A DNA stretch of 5,914 nt. It comes from a virus. Both the position numbers and the translations under genes were made by a program. Location of the stretch: positions 1 through 5,914 of the IMG/VR virus record IMGVR_UViG_3300029566_000105. One strand, 5' to 3'. The notes beneath the pieces are model-generated. The model did not search any database. It saw only the letters and a list, made by a program, of their open reading frames with translations, and was not told where the DNA came from. Shown here one piece after another: positions 5,395 through 5,914 of this stretch (within the stretch, counting starts at the first letter, position 1; every line of letters starts with the position of its first letter).

Positions 5395-5456
5395 AATATT
5401 ATAGCGCGCGTGCGCGCGTGCGCGCTATCGCGCGTGTGCGCACGCGTGAATATTAT
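5395..5456. repeat. A 46-bp GC-rich alternating purine-pyrimidine tract. It has two near-palindromes, at 5401-5428 and 5431-5446, and is bracketed by AATATTAT direct repeats (5395-5402 and 5449-5456). It may form Z-DNA or a cruciform, and is a candidate complementary-strand origin.
   Basis: The alternating stretches are GCGCGCGTGCGCGCGTGCGCGC (22 nt of strict Pu/Py) and CGCGCGTGTGCGCACGCGTG (20 nt). The 28-nt element ATAGCGCGCGTGCGCGCGTGCGCGCTAT is palindromic except for two G/T positions. Confidence 0.75.
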
Positions 5457-5500
5457 TATTTGATGGACTGAATAGTGTGATACATGGAGTCTTTAGACGA

Positions 5501-5536
5501 TAAAAGCCCAGTACCTTACTTGATAGGTACTGGGCT
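5501..5536 (-). terminator. Rho-independent terminator after VP4. The stem arms are 5505-5516 and 5525-5536.
   Basis: On the coding strand a perfect 12-bp stem AGCCCAGUACCU / AGGUACUGGGCU with an 8-nt loop is followed by UUUAUCGUCU. It lies 12 nt after the VP4 stop. Confidence 0.55.
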
Positions 5537-5547
5537 AGGTGACACCG

Positions 5548-5914
5548 TTAGAGTGTCCCCGTCTTCTTTGTTTGCTTTTTGACTATTCTTTCTTTTGTCT
5601 TTAAGTCCTCTGCATAGTCTGTTTCTTCATATTTTAGCCTGTTCTGTTCAATTATTGCCTTTTGCCGGTTTTTTTTGATTCTCCACAGTCTTTCAGGGTT
5701 TTCTGCTTCCATCATTTTTTCATAATAACGCGGTATTTGCGCTCTTTTTCCGTTGGTGCACTGAATATAGCCCTGTTTCCAGATTTCCTCTTTGTGCTTT
5801 TGGTAATATTCATCTCCTAGTCCCGGCTTTAAGCTCATGCATGCAAAAGGTTTTTGCTGTCCTAGTTCGTAGTATGCGTTGGCTTTTTTTCCGTCTATCT
5901 CGTACATTTTTTTT
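5548..5914 (-). CDS. Replication initiation protein VP4, C-terminal part. The stop is at 5548-5550. Positions 5816-5914 duplicate 1-99.
   Basis: The ORF-track protein MYEIDGKKANAYYELGQQKPF...KKTGTL continues the frame of the 1-752 segment across the circular junction. The 99-nt identity of the window ends proves they are contiguous. Confidence 0.9.
   Translation of the reverse strand, partial: KKMYEIDGKKANAYYELGQQKPFACMSLKPGLGDEYYQKHKEEIWKQGYIQCTNGKRAQIPRYYEKMMEAENPERLWRIKKNRQKAIIEQNRLKYEETDYAEDLKTKERIVKKQTKKTGTL
5816..5914. repeat. A 99-nt exact duplicate of positions 1-99. It is the linearisation overlap of a circular genome with a 5,815-nt unit length.
   Basis: My base-by-base comparison found 1-99 identical to 5816-5914. 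The VP4 ORF reads through the junction in frame. Confidence 0.9.

Noticed and set aside
5386-5410. phiX174-like Rep nick site (ori) because AACTTG and ATATTAA co-occur on the coding strand
   Set aside because: The two words are in the opposite order from the phiX174 30-nt origin and the match is short. Without a mapped nick this is not supportable. I mention it only as a lead inside the GC-palindrome finding.
5536-5557. Second small hairpin (GACAC...GTGTC) spanning the VP4 stop codon
   Set aside because: It has only a 5-bp stem with a 7-nt loop, which is weak. It is probably incidental next to the strong 12-bp terminator stem.
5816-5914. Terminal direct repeat as an LTR, DTR or transposon end
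   Set aside because: It is a single exact 99-nt copy at the two window ends with an ORF reading through the junction. This indicates a circular genome opened with overlap, not a biological terminal repeat.

Overview
The window holds a complete circular ssDNA microvirus (family Microviridae) genome of about 5,815 nt. It was linearised with a 99-nt wrap-around: positions 1-99 are identical to 5816-5914. All genes are on the minus strand of the window. They sit between one candidate promoter (about 5027-5063) and a strong intrinsic terminator (5501-5536) and are tightly packed, with ATGA-type stop/start overlaps. I recognise three proteins. VP4 is a phiX174 gpA-like HUH rolling-circle Rep of 339 aa. 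Its ORF crosses the circular junction and contains the motifs FITLTY, HYHMILY, YVAGYVTKK and a CGQCIGC zinc-finger-like motif. VP1 is the major capsid protein (542 aa, gokushovirus-like N-terminus). VP2 is the Gly/Ser-rich DNA pilot protein (289 aa, AGLNPILA motif). The order is VP1-VP2-VP4, with the VP2 stop overlapping the VP4 start. There is no scaffold gene between VP2 and VP4. An acidic scaffold-like protein lies just upstream of VP1 instead. The accessory module contains a Peptidase_M15_3-type zinc D,D-/L,D-peptidase that is a likely endolysin. It also holds several small ORFs of unknown function, including a 33-aa highly basic J-like ORF that the ORF track missed. The roughly 490-bp non-transcribed intergenic region (5064-5500) is the most unusual part. 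It contains nine direct iteron-like copies of TTTCAACA, a TTTTCCACA motif that fits the relaxed DnaA-box consensus, and an inverted pair of TGACGAA (0A-box-like) heptamers. It also has a perfect hairpin, 11-bp-phased TGCGTAGC repeats and a (CTA)5 microsatellite. Finally, a 46-bp alternating purine-pyrimidine (CG/TG) near-palindromic tract is bracketed by AATATTAT direct repeats; it may form Z-DNA or a cruciform, or act as the complementary-strand origin. Every predicted start has a strong Shine-Dalgarno sequence, which argues against a Bacteroidetes host. All functional assignments rest on my reading of translated motifs and sequence structure. No database searches were possible.
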